A stretch of 64,000 nucleotides of DNA from assembly GCA_045107075.1 (NCBI GenBank), contig JBGCFV010000060.1, forward strand, positions 9,317 through 73,316, in the 5' to 3' direction. Shown piece by piece: positions 1 through 9,827 of this stretch. Within the stretch, counting starts at the first letter, position 1, and the number at the start of each line of letters is the position of its first letter. The position numbers were made by a program, and so were the translations under genes. This stretch comes from Gammaproteobacteria bacterium (GTDB lineage Bacteria > Pseudomonadota > Gammaproteobacteria > Steroidobacterales > SZUA-146). The notes beneath the pieces were generated by a model. The model saw nothing but the letters and a program-made list of their open reading frames with translations, was not told the DNA's origin and did no database searches.

Positions 1-686
1 CCATCACTTCGAGGGGTGATGGAGTGTAGCTGGAAATAGAATGCCAGACAGGCTCGCCGTTGATAATGATGCTATCAAACGAGTATTCCGTGCCGCGCAC
101 GAACTCTTCGAAGAGTGTCGGCCCACCATTGCCCGTTTGTAACTGCGGCAGAATCTGATTCAGGTCTTCCTCTCGATCGATGCGAAAGGTAGCTTTGCCG
201 CCAGCACCGTCAGGTGGTTTGACGACCACCGGGTAACCGACGCGTTCAACAAAGGCTTTGGCAGTAACCGGGTCGTTTACCAATGCGTGACGTGCACAGG
301 GAATACCGGCACCGCGCAACACGTCCTTCATACGGGATTTGTCACGAAAATTTCTGGCCGCTTCGGTTGACAGGCCATCGATTCCAAGGAACTCCCGCGC
401 TTTTGCTAGTGGCACTTGCAGCTGCTCAAGCGTCGCGATGTAGCTGACGGGTTCTCCAAACTGTTTGGAAAGTGCTCGAGCGGCGTCGACAAGTTGTTGC
501 GGATCGAGAGCGTTGTCCACGCGCCAGTGGCCCGCGATTGAAGAGCGCAAGTCGTCCGGCAGACGCAGCGCCGGATCTTGACTGACGACGGTCAGATGTA
601 CGCCCTCAAGATGGGCTGCGCCGCGTAAAAAACGCAGCGTTGCGTCCATAAAGAAGGGCGCGGCGAAGATGACATGATAAGACATG
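1..686 (-). CDS. ATP-grasp domain protein (partial; C-terminus lies beyond window start)
   Basis: Minus-strand translation from ATG (revcomp of 684-686) gives MSYHVIFAAPFFMDATLRFL...VVVKPPDGAGGKATFRIDREEDL. This is typical of an ATP-grasp ligase N/central domain. The open frame runs to the window edge, so it is missing from the ORF track. Confidence 0.55.
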
Positions 687-924
687 GGAGAAGGATAACC
701 TGAAAGATGATGCGGTGGCGTAAAAATTCACATTATTAGTTTGAGGCAGCTATAGAAGCTGCTGCCGTCACTCATCAACGCCTCGGATAGCTGCTTTTGG
801 CTACCGTGCGCTCGATTCGGTGTAGTATAAATTACGTTCAACAGCAGTTGATGCCCTCGAGCTGAATGGCTCTGGGTAGAAATCGCTCGCGATGCTGAAG
901 TAACCGACGTTTGGAGGCGTGGAC

Positions 925-1782
925 ATGACGATTAGAGGGTGTGTTTTATTACTGGTGACGATGCCGGTTTTTGCGTCTTATGCTGGCACGATTGAACTGA
1001 AAAACGACGATTTTGTTTCGGGTGCGACGGCCACCTTTCAAGCGGGTTTCGTTGTTAATGAAGTGGCGGCTGTACGCCTCGTTCCTCCCGTTGCCTGTCC
1101 TTGCACCGTTACCAGCGTCTCGCTTCTGTTTGGAGGCTCAAGCCAAACGCGGCAAATGGGCTTACAAATTTGGGACGACTCGTCGGGCGGGGCTAGCCCC
1201 GGCATTTTGTTGTTTGATGGCGACGTAACGCTAACAGGCTCAAATATCAATTTTCAGCAAATCGATTTATTAACTTCACCGGTTACCGTGAGCGGTCCCT
1301 TTCGAGTTGGCTTGCGGTTTAATCATTCTGGAACGCCAACGGTCGCCACTGATCAGGATGGCACCATTAACGCGACGGCCAATTTTATTCTGGCCAATGT
1401 CGGAGGGCTTGTCTGGTTTCCGTCGGCGCTGCTCGGCGTATCGGGCGACTTCATAATACGGGCGAATATCGAAGGTCTTGGGACCGACAGCGACGGTGAC
1501 GGAATTGGCGATGACCTGGATAACTGCATCGATGTTTCAAACCCGAGCCAACTTGATACCAATGAGGACGAGATTGGCAACGCGTGTGATCCTGATGTAG
1601 CTGAGCCCAACGACTGCATCGTTAACTTTCTGGACTTCAGTGTCTACAGTAATAATTTTCTGAGCACCGGAGATCTGGCAACGGACAACAACGGCGACGG
1701 TGTTACGAACTTCGTTGATCTGGCTGTATTCACCGAGTATTTTTTAAATCCGCCCGGCCCCAGTGCGTTAGGTTGCAATTAG
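925..1782 (+). CDS. secreted Ca-binding repeat protein (thrombospondin type-3 / dockerin-like Asp-rich repeats)
   Basis: The 919..1782 ORF has GGAGG at 913-917 and ATG at 925. The N-terminus is signal-peptide-like (MTIRGCVLLLVTMPVFASYA). Repeats DSDGDGIGDDLDNC, DTNEDEIGNACD and DNNGDGVTNFVDLAVF match DxDxDG-type calcium-binding motifs. Confidence 0.6.
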   Translation: MTIRGCVLLLVTMPVFASYAGTIELKNDDFVSGATATFQAGFVVNEVAAVRLVPPVACPCTVTSVSLLFGGSSQTRQMGLQIWDDSSGGASPGILLFDGDVTLTGSNINFQQIDLLTSPVTVSGPFRVGLRFNHSGTPTVATDQDGTINATANFILANVGGLVWFPSALLGVSGDFIIRANIEGLGTDSDGDGIGDDLDNCIDVSNPSQLDTNEDEIGNACDPDVAEPNDCIVNFLDFSVYSNNFLSTGDLATDNNGDGVTNFVDLAVFTEYFLNPPGPSALGCN

Positions 1783-1948
1783 TAAGGCCAGATGAGGGTG
1801 TTGAACAGGGCCGAGGATCAATTGCAAAGAGAAAATGTACGCTAACTCCATTACGGGTAAAGCGCAGCTCGCGCTATCGTGGATTAGAAATTAAGTCGGA
1901 CAGAAATGACTCTGACCCCATTAAGTGACAGGGAGTTAAAAGGTAATA

Positions 1949-3808
1949 ATGAGTTTTGAAGCAACCGCAGCGAAAGCCGAAGTTCTGGCGCGCGAAAACA
2001 TAGGCGCGTACAAAATCAAACTGTTTCTTTACGCAATATTGGGATATCTGGTCATTTTTGGTCTGCTGGCGGCACTAATTGTTCTTCTTGCCGGTTTGGT
2101 TTTTATCGCTTTTCAATCGGGAGCTGCGTTCTTGGTGCTTCTGAAAACCAAGGTGTTGTTTCTTGTAGTGCCCGTGATTTGGGTTCTGTTAACAGCGCTG
2201 TGGATCAGGCTTGAGCCGCCTCAGGGGTATACAGTTACCGCAGCAGAATTCCCGGAGTTGTTCGGGGCCATTAACAATATTACGAGCCAATTCAAGACCC
2301 CCAAAATTCACGAGGTGCTACTTACCCAAGAGCTTAATGCATCCATTAGTCAAACACCCCGACTCGGAATATTCGGATGGAACAAAAACACATTAACTCT
2401 TGGCGTCGAGCTGTTAATGGTTCTTTCTCCGGCACAGGCTTCTTCTGTTATCGGTCACGAGCTTGGACATTTGTCTGGAAATCATAGTCGCTTTAACGGA
2501 TGGATCTATCGTATTCGCATGTCGTGGTTTCGCATTATGGGGGAGTTCGCGCAGCGCAAGGGTTTCGGTGTCGGCATGATGCGTACCTTCTTTAACTGGT
2601 ATGCACCCAAGTTCTCTGCTTATTCATTCGCGCTGGCGCGGGCTAATGAATATGAGGCTGACGCCATGGCCGCAGAGCTGACAACTAGCAGGACAGCGGG
2701 TGAAGCGCTCATTAATGTTTACGTTACCGGGCAGCATACAGAGGACAACTACTGGCTGAATTTTTTTAAAAAGGCAGATGAAATGCCGGCGCCCGAACAT
2801 CTGCCATGGGCGGGACTAAGCGAGTGGTTGCGCACGGACGAAGCCGCACGCGACGATATTACGCAACGTCTTGAGGACGTATTGAAGATTGAAACGGGCT
2901 ACGAAGACACCCATCCGAGTCTCAAGGACCGACTGGATGCTTTGGAAGTGGAGCCTTTTGTGCCGGAGGCTTCTGCTCAGACAGCTGCGAAAGCGTGGCT
3001 TGGTGAGCAGTATGATGCCGTCGTCGGGAGCTTCGACCAGGAATGGTTGAATGCGGTGGGTGACAGTTGGCAACAACGATTCGAGTACGTGCACTCGTCC
3101 AGGAAAACACTCAAGGAATTGGGCGCGCGTGAAAGAGATGATCTAAATGATGAAGAGCTTTTACAAAAAGCGGGTCTGACCGAAGAGTTTGTAACTCCGG
3201 AAGAAGCTTTGCCCCTGTATCGCGCCTACCAGAAACGCCACCCCGACCACGCCGCAGCCGCGTTTAGCATCGGACGTTTAGTGTTTGAACAGAATGATAA
3301 CGAACTGTTGGCGCAGATGAAGGTGGCAATTAATGATCCGCAGCTCACCATAGCAGCATGTCAGTTTGCCTGTGCGACGCTCGAGAAAGTCGACCGCGTA
3401 GACGAAACGCAGTGGTGGATTGATAAAGCGAATAAGCAAGCGCGCATTAATGAATTGGCGTTTCTGGAGCGGGAGCAATTGACCGTCGACGATGAGCTTG
3501 TGGCTGATGAAATTTCTCAAGATGAGGCCGATGCGCTCGTTGAACTGCTAAGCGCAACTCCAAAAGTTAAACGCGCCTGGATCGCGCAAAAGGTGGTGAA
3601 GCACTTTCCAGAAATGCCCGTCGTGGTTATATCGGTGACCGTCAGGGGATTTATCTTGGATGACCAAGAGTTTGCCAACCAAATTTGTCAGCAAATACGC
3701 TTGAATCCGCGGTTGAGCGGTGAATCAGACTTTCTGTTAGTACCGGCTACCGGCAACTTTAAACCACTGGCCAAGCGCGTAGAGAAAGCGGGACGCCGTA
3801 TACTTTAG
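1949..3808 (+). CDS. M48 family zinc metallopeptidase (HtpX/Ste24-like) with membrane N-terminus and long C-terminal extension
   Basis: The HEXXH motif VIGHELGHLSGNH follows hydrophobic N-terminal helices. The ORF is 619 aa. Confidence 0.75.
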   Translation: MSFEATAAKAEVLARENIGAYKIKLFLYAILGYLVIFGLLAALIVLLAGLVFIAFQSGAAFLVLLKTKVLFLVVPVIWVLLTALWIRLEPPQGYTVTAAEFPELFGAINNITSQFKTPKIHEVLLTQELNASISQTPRLGIFGWNKNTLTLGVELLMVLSPAQASSVIGHELGHLSGNHSRFNGWIYRIRMSWFRIMGEFAQRKGFGVGMMRTFFNWYAPKFSAYSFALARANEYEADAMAAELTTSRTAGEALINVYVTGQHTEDNYWLNFFKKADEMPAPEHLPWAGLSEWLRTDEAARDDITQRLEDVLKIETGYEDTHPSLKDRLDALEVEPFVPEASAQTAAKAWLGEQYDAVVGSFDQEWLNAVGDSWQQRFEYVHSSRKTLKELGARERDDLNDEELLQKAGLTEEFVTPEEALPLYRAYQKRHPDHAAAAFSIGRLVFEQNDNELLAQMKVAINDPQLTIAACQFACATLEKVDRVDETQWWIDKANKQARINELAFLEREQLTVDDELVADEISQDEADALVELLSATPKVKRAWIAQKVVKHFPEMPVVVISVTVRGFILDDQEFANQICQQIRLNPRLSGESDFLLVPATGNFKPLAKRVEKAGRRIL

Positions 3809-3844
3809 TCAATTGACCCGGCATTCTCGATGTCAACGTAGAAA

Positions 3845-3877
3845 CAGCGGCGCCGACTCTAACGGTGAGCGCCGCTG
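3845..3877. terminator. GC-rich hairpin between convergent genes (candidate bidirectional terminator)
   Basis: cagcggcgc...gcgccgctg is a 9-bp perfect inverted repeat in the 92-bp gap between the M48 stop and the pyc stop. Confidence 0.45.
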
Positions 3878-3900
3878 GCTTTATGTTTCGCTGTTAGCCG

Positions 3901-6900
3901 TTACGCTTCGAACTCGATTAGCAAGTCTTTCGCATCGACCTGACTCCCGGCCGGGACGTGGATCATTTTGACAACGGCATCTCGTTCGGCGTGAAGGCCG
4001 GTTTCCATTTTCATGGCTTCCATCGTTAGTAACAGGTCTCCGGCTTTAACCGATTGTCCTTGGGTCGCCAATACGCTGGTGATTACACCGGGCATCGGTG
4101 CACCAATGTGATCTGGATTGTTCTCCTGGGCTTTGGGACGTCTAGCGGTAGTTGCCGAGACTTTGCGGTTTTCTATACGGATAGAGCGAGGTTGTCCATT
4201 GAGTTCGAAAAACACTTTTGCTTCGCCTGCATCATTCGTCTCGCTAATCGCCTGAAGACGAATTTCAAGCGTCTTGCCAGGGTCGATTTCTACCGAAATT
4301 TCTTCACCGGGTGACATGCCGTAAAAGAATGTTTTAGTTGGTAGTGTGCGCACGGGGCCGTAGCGTCGGTGACGACCCATGTAGTCCAGAAATACTTTTG
4401 GATACATCAGATATCCGTTCAAATCTTCTCCATTGACTTGATAGCCTTCCAGTTCTTTCGACAAGTCGGCGCGTACTTGCTCAAGGTCTACCGGCTCCAT
4501 GTGGGCGCCCGGGCGTGTGTTAAACGGCTTTTCGTCTTTAAGTACTTTGGCTTGAATGCCGGCCGGAAAGCCTCCCGGAGGCTGACCGAGATTACCGCGC
4601 ATCATGTCTACGACAGACTCCGGGAACGACACTTCGTTTTCCGGGTCTTCGACTTCGGCGCGTGTGAGACCCTGGGTAACCATCATGAGGGCCATGTCGC
4701 CAACTACCTTCGAGGACGGCGTAACTTTTACAATGTCGCCGAACATTTGATTCACGTCTGCGTACGTTTGAGCTACTTCGCTCCAGCGTTCGTCAATCCC
4801 AAGTGAGCGGGCCTGCGCTTTGAGGTTGGTAAACTGTCCGCCTGGCATTTCGTGCAAATACACTTCTGACGCCGGTGCGGCCAGACCGCTTTCAAAGGCG
4901 CGGTACTGTGAGCGCACGCCTTCCCAATAGTCCGAGATATCACGGATGGCACCAATATCCAGACCCGTTTCGCGCTCAGTGTGGCGCAGTGCTTCTACCA
5001 CTGAGCCCATGCATGGCTGCGAGGTGTTACCCGCGAACGCGTCCATTGCAACGTCGGCGACGTCGACGCCCGCGTTAGATGCAGCCAGTATTGTGGCGCC
5101 CGCAATGCCGGATGTGTCGTGCGTATGGAAGTGGATCGGAAGGCCGACCTCTTCTTTGAGTGCTTTGACAAGTACCGACGCGGCTGCGGGTTTCAGCAGG
5201 CCAGCCATGTCTTTAAGACCCAGCACGTGAGCACCTGCGGCTTTTAGCTGCTTGCCCATTTCAACGTAGTACTTCAGATTGTATTTGGCACGGTCGGGGT
5301 TGAGAATGTCGCCCGTGTAACAAATAGTGCCTTCACAAATTTTGTTGTTTTCTAACACCGCGTCCATCGCAACGCGCATGTTTTCAACCCAGTTCAGGCT
5401 ATCGAACACTCTAAAAACGTCGACACCGTTAACCGCAGCCCGGTGCACAAACTCCTGTACAACGTTGTCCGGATAGTTTGTGTAACCGACTCCGTTCGAT
5501 GCACGCAACAACATTTGCGTCATGATATTCGGCATTCTTGTGCGTAAGTCACGCAGTCGCTGCCAGGGGCACTCCTGCAGGAAACGGTAGGCGACGTCAA
5601 ACGTGGCACCGCCCCAGCATTCAATGGAGAAAAGCTGCGGCAAGTTGTGGGCGTACGCTTCAGCGACATTAATCATGTCGAGCGAACGCATGCGAGTGGC
5701 TAGAAGCGACTGGTGGCCATCGCGCATGGTGGTGTCGGTGAGCAGCAGCTGTTTTTGCGATTGCATCCAGTCGACCACGGCCTGCGGGCCCTTTTCTTCG
5801 AGTAAATTACGCGTGCCGTAGGAGGGGGTGTCAATAGCATGTGAAGGGGCTACGGGTGGTTTGAGGTTGTCATCCGGACGCACTCGGCCAGCAGTCTCAG
5901 GGTGGCCGTTGACCGTGATGTCGGCGATGTAAGTGAGCAGTTTGGTAGCGCGGTCGCGGCGCTTGCTGAATTCGAATAGAGCAGGCGTGTTGTCAATGAA
6001 GTTGGTGGTGTACGCATGACTGATAAACGTTGGGTGTTGTAACAGGTTCTCGACAAACGCGATGTTGGTTGACACACCGCGAATTCGAAACTCGCGAAGC
6101 GCTCTGTCCATGCGTGCGATAGCCGCTTTTTCCGTTGGTGCCCAGGCGGTAAGTTTTTCAAGCAGCGAGTCGTAGTAGCGTGTAATGACCGCTCCGGTGT
6201 AAGCCGTACCACCGTCCAGTCGAATACCCATTCCGGTGGCGGCCCGATAGGCTAACAGTCGTCCGTAATCTGGAATGAAATTGTTCTGTGGATCTTCCGT
6301 GGTAATGCGACACTGCAGCGCGTGGCCGTTCAAGCGAATGTCGGCCTGGGCGTCGGTGCCGGTCGCTTCGGCGAGCGTTGAGCCCTCAGCGATTCGAATT
6401 TGGGCGCTGACAATGTCAATGCCGGTAATTTCTTCTGTTACGGTGTGCTCGACCTGAATGCGCGGATTAACTTCAATGAAGAAAAACTCGTCTGTGTCCA
6501 TGTCCATCAAAAACTCAACGGTACCCGCACATTCGTAGCCTACGTGTGCGCATATTTTCATGCCGAGGTTACAAATGTCTTCGCGTTGCTCTTGCGTCAG
6601 ATACGGAGCTGGTGCTCGCTCCACCACTTTTTGATTGCGGCGTTGCACGGAGCAGTCACGTTCCCATAAATGGTAAATGGACCCGTGGCTGTCGCCCAGA
6701 ATCTGTACTTCAACGTGTCGTGCACGCTGCACCAGTTTCTCAAGATATCCTTCACCGTTACCAAAGGCGGCTTCTGCCTCACGGCGACCTTCGAGTACTT
6801 TTTCTTCGAGTTCATCAGCTGACATGATTGCGCGCATGCCGCGACCACCACCACCCCAGCTGGCTTTGAGCATTAACGGATAGCCGACTTCTTTAGCCAT

Positions 6901-7347
6901 GCGGTGAACTTCTTGCATATCGTCGGGTAAAATATCGGTGGCCGGTACAACTGGAACGCCCGCTTCAATGGCGACCTGTCGCGCCGAGGCTTTGTCTCCA
7001 AGCTGTCGCATCGTCTTCGCTTTAGGGCCAATAAACGCAATGTTGGCGGCTTCGCACGCGTCGACAAAAGATGGGTTTTCAGAGAGTAGTCCATAGCCAG
7101 GGTGAATAGCGTCGGCGCCACACTGTACCGCTACCCGAATGACTTCTTCGATACTCAGATAAGCTTCGACCGGCCCCAGACCCGCGCCAATGCGGTGAGC
7201 CTCGTCAGCTTTGAACCGGTGCAGTCCGAGCTTGTCCTCCTCGGCGTAAACAGCCACTGTTTTCTTGCCCAGCTCGTTGGCTGCCCTCATAACACGAATG
7301 GCGATTTCGCCGCGATTGGCGACCAGGATTTTCTGAAATTCGGACAC
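3901..7347 (-). CDS. pyc: pyruvate carboxylase (single-chain; biotin carboxylase + carboxyltransferase + biotinyl domain)
   Basis: The 1148-aa product starts MSEFQKILVANRGEIAIRV (biotin carboxylase N-term). It has central HMGCR/carboxyltransferase-like TIM-barrel motifs. The C-terminal biotin attachment motif is EAMKME. Confidence 0.9.
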   Translation of the reverse strand: MSEFQKILVANRGEIAIRVMRAANELGKKTVAVYAEEDKLGLHRFKADEAHRIGAGLGPVEAYLSIEEVIRVAVQCGADAIHPGYGLLSENPSFVDACEAANIAFIGPKAKTMRQLGDKASARQVAIEAGVPVVPATDILPDDMQEVHRMAKEVGYPLMLKASWGGGGRGMRAIMSADELEEKVLEGRREAEAAFGNGEGYLEKLVQRARHVEVQILGDSHGSIYHLWERDCSVQRRNQKVVERAPAPYLTQEQREDICNLGMKICAHVGYECAGTVEFLMDMDTDEFFFIEVNPRIQVEHTVTEEITGIDIVSAQIRIAEGSTLAEATGTDAQADIRLNGHALQCRITTEDPQNNFIPDYGRLLAYRAATGMGIRLDGGTAYTGAVITRYYDSLLEKLTAWAPTEKAAIARMDRALREFRIRGVSTNIAFVENLLQHPTFISHAYTTNFIDNTPALFEFSKRRDRATKLLTYIADITVNGHPETAGRVRPDDNLKPPVAPSHAIDTPSYGTRNLLEEKGPQAVVDWMQSQKQLLLTDTTMRDGHQSLLATRMRSLDMINVAEAYAHNLPQLFSIECWGGATFDVAYRFLQECPWQRLRDLRTRMPNIMTQMLLRASNGVGYTNYPDNVVQEFVHRAAVNGVDVFRVFDSLNWVENMRVAMDAVLENNKICEGTICYTGDILNPDRAKYNLKYYVEMGKQLKAAGAHVLGLKDMAGLLKPAAASVLVKALKEEVGLPIHFHTHDTSGIAGATILAASNAGVDVADVAMDAFAGNTSQPCMGSVVEALRHTERETGLDIGAIRDISDYWEGVRSQYRAFESGLAAPASEVYLHEMPGGQFTNLKAQARSLGIDERWSEVAQTYADVNQMFGDIVKVTPSSKVVGDMALMMVTQGLTRAEVEDPENEVSFPESVVDMMRGNLGQPPGGFPAGIQAKVLKDEKPFNTRPGAHMEPVDLEQVRADLSKELEGYQVNGEDLNGYLMYPKVFLDYMGRHRRYGPVRTLPTKTFFYGMSPGEEISVEIDPGKTLEIRLQAISETNDAGEAKVFFELNGQPRSIRIENRKVSATTARRPKAQENNPDHIGAPMPGVITSVLATQGQSVKAGDLLLTMEAMKMETGLHAERDAVVKMIHVPAGSQVDAKDLLIEFEA

Positions 7348-7739
7348 AACTTACCTCAATTGTTTGATAGCGCGTGGTCTGTTTGATCGTTGACGGGAAC
7401 CCGATACGATGTCCTCGCGCTGTAATTACGAGATCTCTATCGTACTGCATAAAGTACCGCATATCATTGCTCTATTTCAGTGCGGTGATGGTCGGATTAA
7501 CCTCAAGAATAGATTACATTCGTTACTAATGCTGTAGAGTAAACACGGATGAAATTGATATCAGCCGAAAGTCGTGACCAAAACTCAGTTGAACGGTTGA
7601 AAATACTGGATTTGGTCATCACGAGTAAGTTGCGCGTTTCTTCTGCTTGGCGTTTGTGGGATCGATCTGCTGGGCCAGAAAAGTGAAGTGACCGGCGTAC
7701 TGTGCGACTATGCCGCACATATGGAACACAGGAAATAAT

Positions 7740-8324
7740 ATGCTGCAAGGGTTGGCCAAAGTTATTTTAAAAGCCGGTGGCTGGACGATGGTGGGTGGTT
7801 TGATCAAAGTGCCCAAAGCTGTTGTGCTTGCGGCGCCTCACACGTCGAACTGGGATGCGTTTTGGGCCATCGTTTATCTGGTGGCTTCCGGTAACAAGGT
7901 CCGTATTTTTGCGAAACACTCTTTGTTCTGGTTTCCGCTTGGAAACCTGCTGCGAGCCTTTGGGTGTCTACCACTAAACCGTTCCAAAGCAAGGTCGGTA
8001 GTAAGACAGGCCGTCGACACGTTCAAGTCGGAGGACTCGTTTTATCTTGGGCTGGCACCGGAAGGTACCCGCAGTCTTGCAACAGGATGGAAATCCGGTT
8101 TCTACCGTATTGCCAGCGACGCTGGTGTGCCTGTCTGTTTCGGTTTTTTGGACTACGGTAAGAAACGACTTGGCATCGTGCCGGGGCTGGAACTTACAGG
8201 CGACAAAGAAGCGGATATGAATGTGTGTGCTGAGTTCTACGCGGACATAGAAGGTCGCGTGCCTGAAAACAAGAGCCCGGTCCAGCTACAGAAAAGACGG
8301 CCAAAAAAGAATTCTACTGACTAG
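7740..8324 (+). CDS. lysophospholipid (1-acyl-sn-glycerol-3-phosphate) acyltransferase family protein
   Basis: The HxxxxD acyltransferase motif is APHTSNWDAF. AGGAA RBS lies 6 nt before ATG 7740. The track ORF begins at 7710 without an RBS. Confidence 0.65.
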   Translation: MLQGLAKVILKAGGWTMVGGLIKVPKAVVLAAPHTSNWDAFWAIVYLVASGNKVRIFAKHSLFWFPLGNLLRAFGCLPLNRSKARSVVRQAVDTFKSEDSFYLGLAPEGTRSLATGWKSGFYRIASDAGVPVCFGFLDYGKKRLGIVPGLELTGDKEADMNVCAEFYADIEGRVPENKSPVQLQKRRPKKNSTD

Positions 8325-8382
8325 GTCTGGAATCAAGTCACTTCTGGTAGAAGAGTGCGTCTGATGGGTTGAATCGTGTGGC

Positions 8383-8835
8383 TCAGGGCTGTCTTACTTC
8401 CACCAGATTGGTAGAGATGCAGCTGAAAACGGTTTGCTCTCTTTGATTAATCAAGCTGTATTCGTACTTCACCACGCCCCGGGTATCATCGCTCTTTGAT
8501 AACCGTTTATCGATACATTTCGCTGTTGCTCTGAGTGTATCGTTTGCTTTTACGGCAACTGGCCAGCGCACGTTGTCCCAGGCGATGCCGCAAATCCAGG
8601 CAATGTCGTGGGCAATATCGTGATCGAGTTGACGCCAAAGCACCATCGTGTATTGACCTGAAGCCACGACTTCACCAAACCTCGAACTCTTGGCGGCTTG
8701 TTTATCGGCATGAAAGTACTGTGGGTCATATTGATTCGCAAACTCGAGCATTTCTTTCTCGTCGACAGTTAACGACGATGATATTTCCAGCTTGCCTATT
8801 ACAAGGTCATCGTAATAACGCTTATGCCTTTTCAC
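8383..8835 (-). CDS. MaoC-like (hot-dog fold) dehydratase
   Basis: 150-aa small hot-dog fold protein with sequence character typical of MaoC/R-hydratase-like proteins. Confidence 0.65.
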   Translation of the reverse strand: MKRHKRYYDDLVIGKLEISSSLTVDEKEMLEFANQYDPQYFHADKQAAKSSRFGEVVASGQYTMVLWRQLDHDIAHDIAWICGIAWDNVRWPVAVKANDTLRATAKCIDKRLSKSDDTRGVVKYEYSLINQREQTVFSCISTNLVEVRQP

Positions 8836-8841
8836 GTTGTA

Positions 8842-9756
8842 TCAGGCGGCTGTGACGCGAAAACCGGCGCGCGGAAAGTGAACGTTTAGCTCCCCGGCTA
8901 CGGGGTCTTGGCGCCGAATTGTAGCGGTGCTCAGAGTCAGCCCAGCTAATTCTCCGTGAACGGGATCGCAACCGTAATCATCGGCCGCGACGTTAACCAT
9001 TTGCCCGTGGTATAGCCCGAGAGGGTTGTCTGCATCGAAAAGAGTACAGTCAGTCGGCGTAGCCTCTTTGGCAATGGTAAGCGCTTCATTCGAGGTCATA
9101 TCAGACGGGCTACCGTGGTCAATTTTGGACATTCTGTCTGACCAGATTTGTAGCTTAGGGAAGGGGGACAAGAGCTTCTGTGCGGTTGGAATATTGGCCA
9201 TTGCCATCCAGACTGGAAACCAGGCGTGGATGTCAGCAAGACCAGGGTTGTCACCTTCGATATAAGCACTGTCTGTAGAAAGTTCGTCCTCGACCAGCTG
9301 GGCTTGCGCTTGAAACTGGGTTCTGCAATGAGGCAGGTCAGCGTCCAAATTATCAAAGTCCATAAAATTGAAAAACGCTTTGCGATCATCAATGACCGCT
9401 TGGGGCACTTGCGGATTCTCACCCATCGACAGAGCCGCACCCGGTTCGAAAAAAGCGGTGTCGCTCCATCGACCGAGCGCGCGAGCCAGTCCTGAACGAC
9501 CATTTGGGTACAGGGTAGGGGTCGGCTCCAGAGATTCAATTAAGTGTGCGATATGGATAGTATCGCAGTAAATGTCGGCGCCAATTTGCAGTACAGGTGT
9601 TTTCCGATAACCGCCTGTTAAGGCTACGAGGTCAGGTTTGGGCATGATCATCGGGATTTGCACGGAACGCCATGCCAGCCTTTTCAGGCCGAAAACCAGT
9701 CGGATTTTTTCGGCGAAGGGTGAAGCGTCGAAATGATGGAGAATGTAGTCAGTCAC
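8842..9756 (-). CDS. glutathione S-transferase family protein
   Basis: The N-terminal thioredoxin-like GST domain reads HHFDASPFAEKIRLVFGLKRL...YRKTPVLQIGADIYCDT. A C-terminal alpha-helical domain follows. Confidence 0.7.
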   Translation of the reverse strand: MTDYILHHFDASPFAEKIRLVFGLKRLAWRSVQIPMIMPKPDLVALTGGYRKTPVLQIGADIYCDTIHIAHLIESLEPTPTLYPNGRSGLARALGRWSDTAFFEPGAALSMGENPQVPQAVIDDRKAFFNFMDFDNLDADLPHCRTQFQAQAQLVEDELSTDSAYIEGDNPGLADIHAWFPVWMAMANIPTAQKLLSPFPKLQIWSDRMSKIDHGSPSDMTSNEALTIAKEATPTDCTLFDADNPLGLYHGQMVNVAADDYGCDPVHGELAGLTLSTATIRRQDPVAGELNVHFPRAGFRVTAA

Positions 9757-9827
9757 AAATTCTTTCCCTTTGTAGTTGAGAGTATTATGGTCTCAGCCGG
9801 TGGCAACGTGTCAAATCAGGGTGGCAG

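Noticed and set aside
1013-1619. Short ORFs overlapping the secreted-repeat protein gene (1013..1228 +, 1038..1250 -, 1353..1619 -)
   Set aside because: They are alternative-frame or antisense overlaps of a longer coherent ORF with a signal peptide and repeats.
4054-7462. Many 60-150-aa ORFs on both strands inside the pyc gene (e.g. 4369..4806 +, 5850..6212 -)
   Set aside because: They lie entirely within a well-supported 1148-aa conserved gene, in other frames or antisense. They have no RBS and low-complexity translations. They are artefacts of GC-rich coding sequence.
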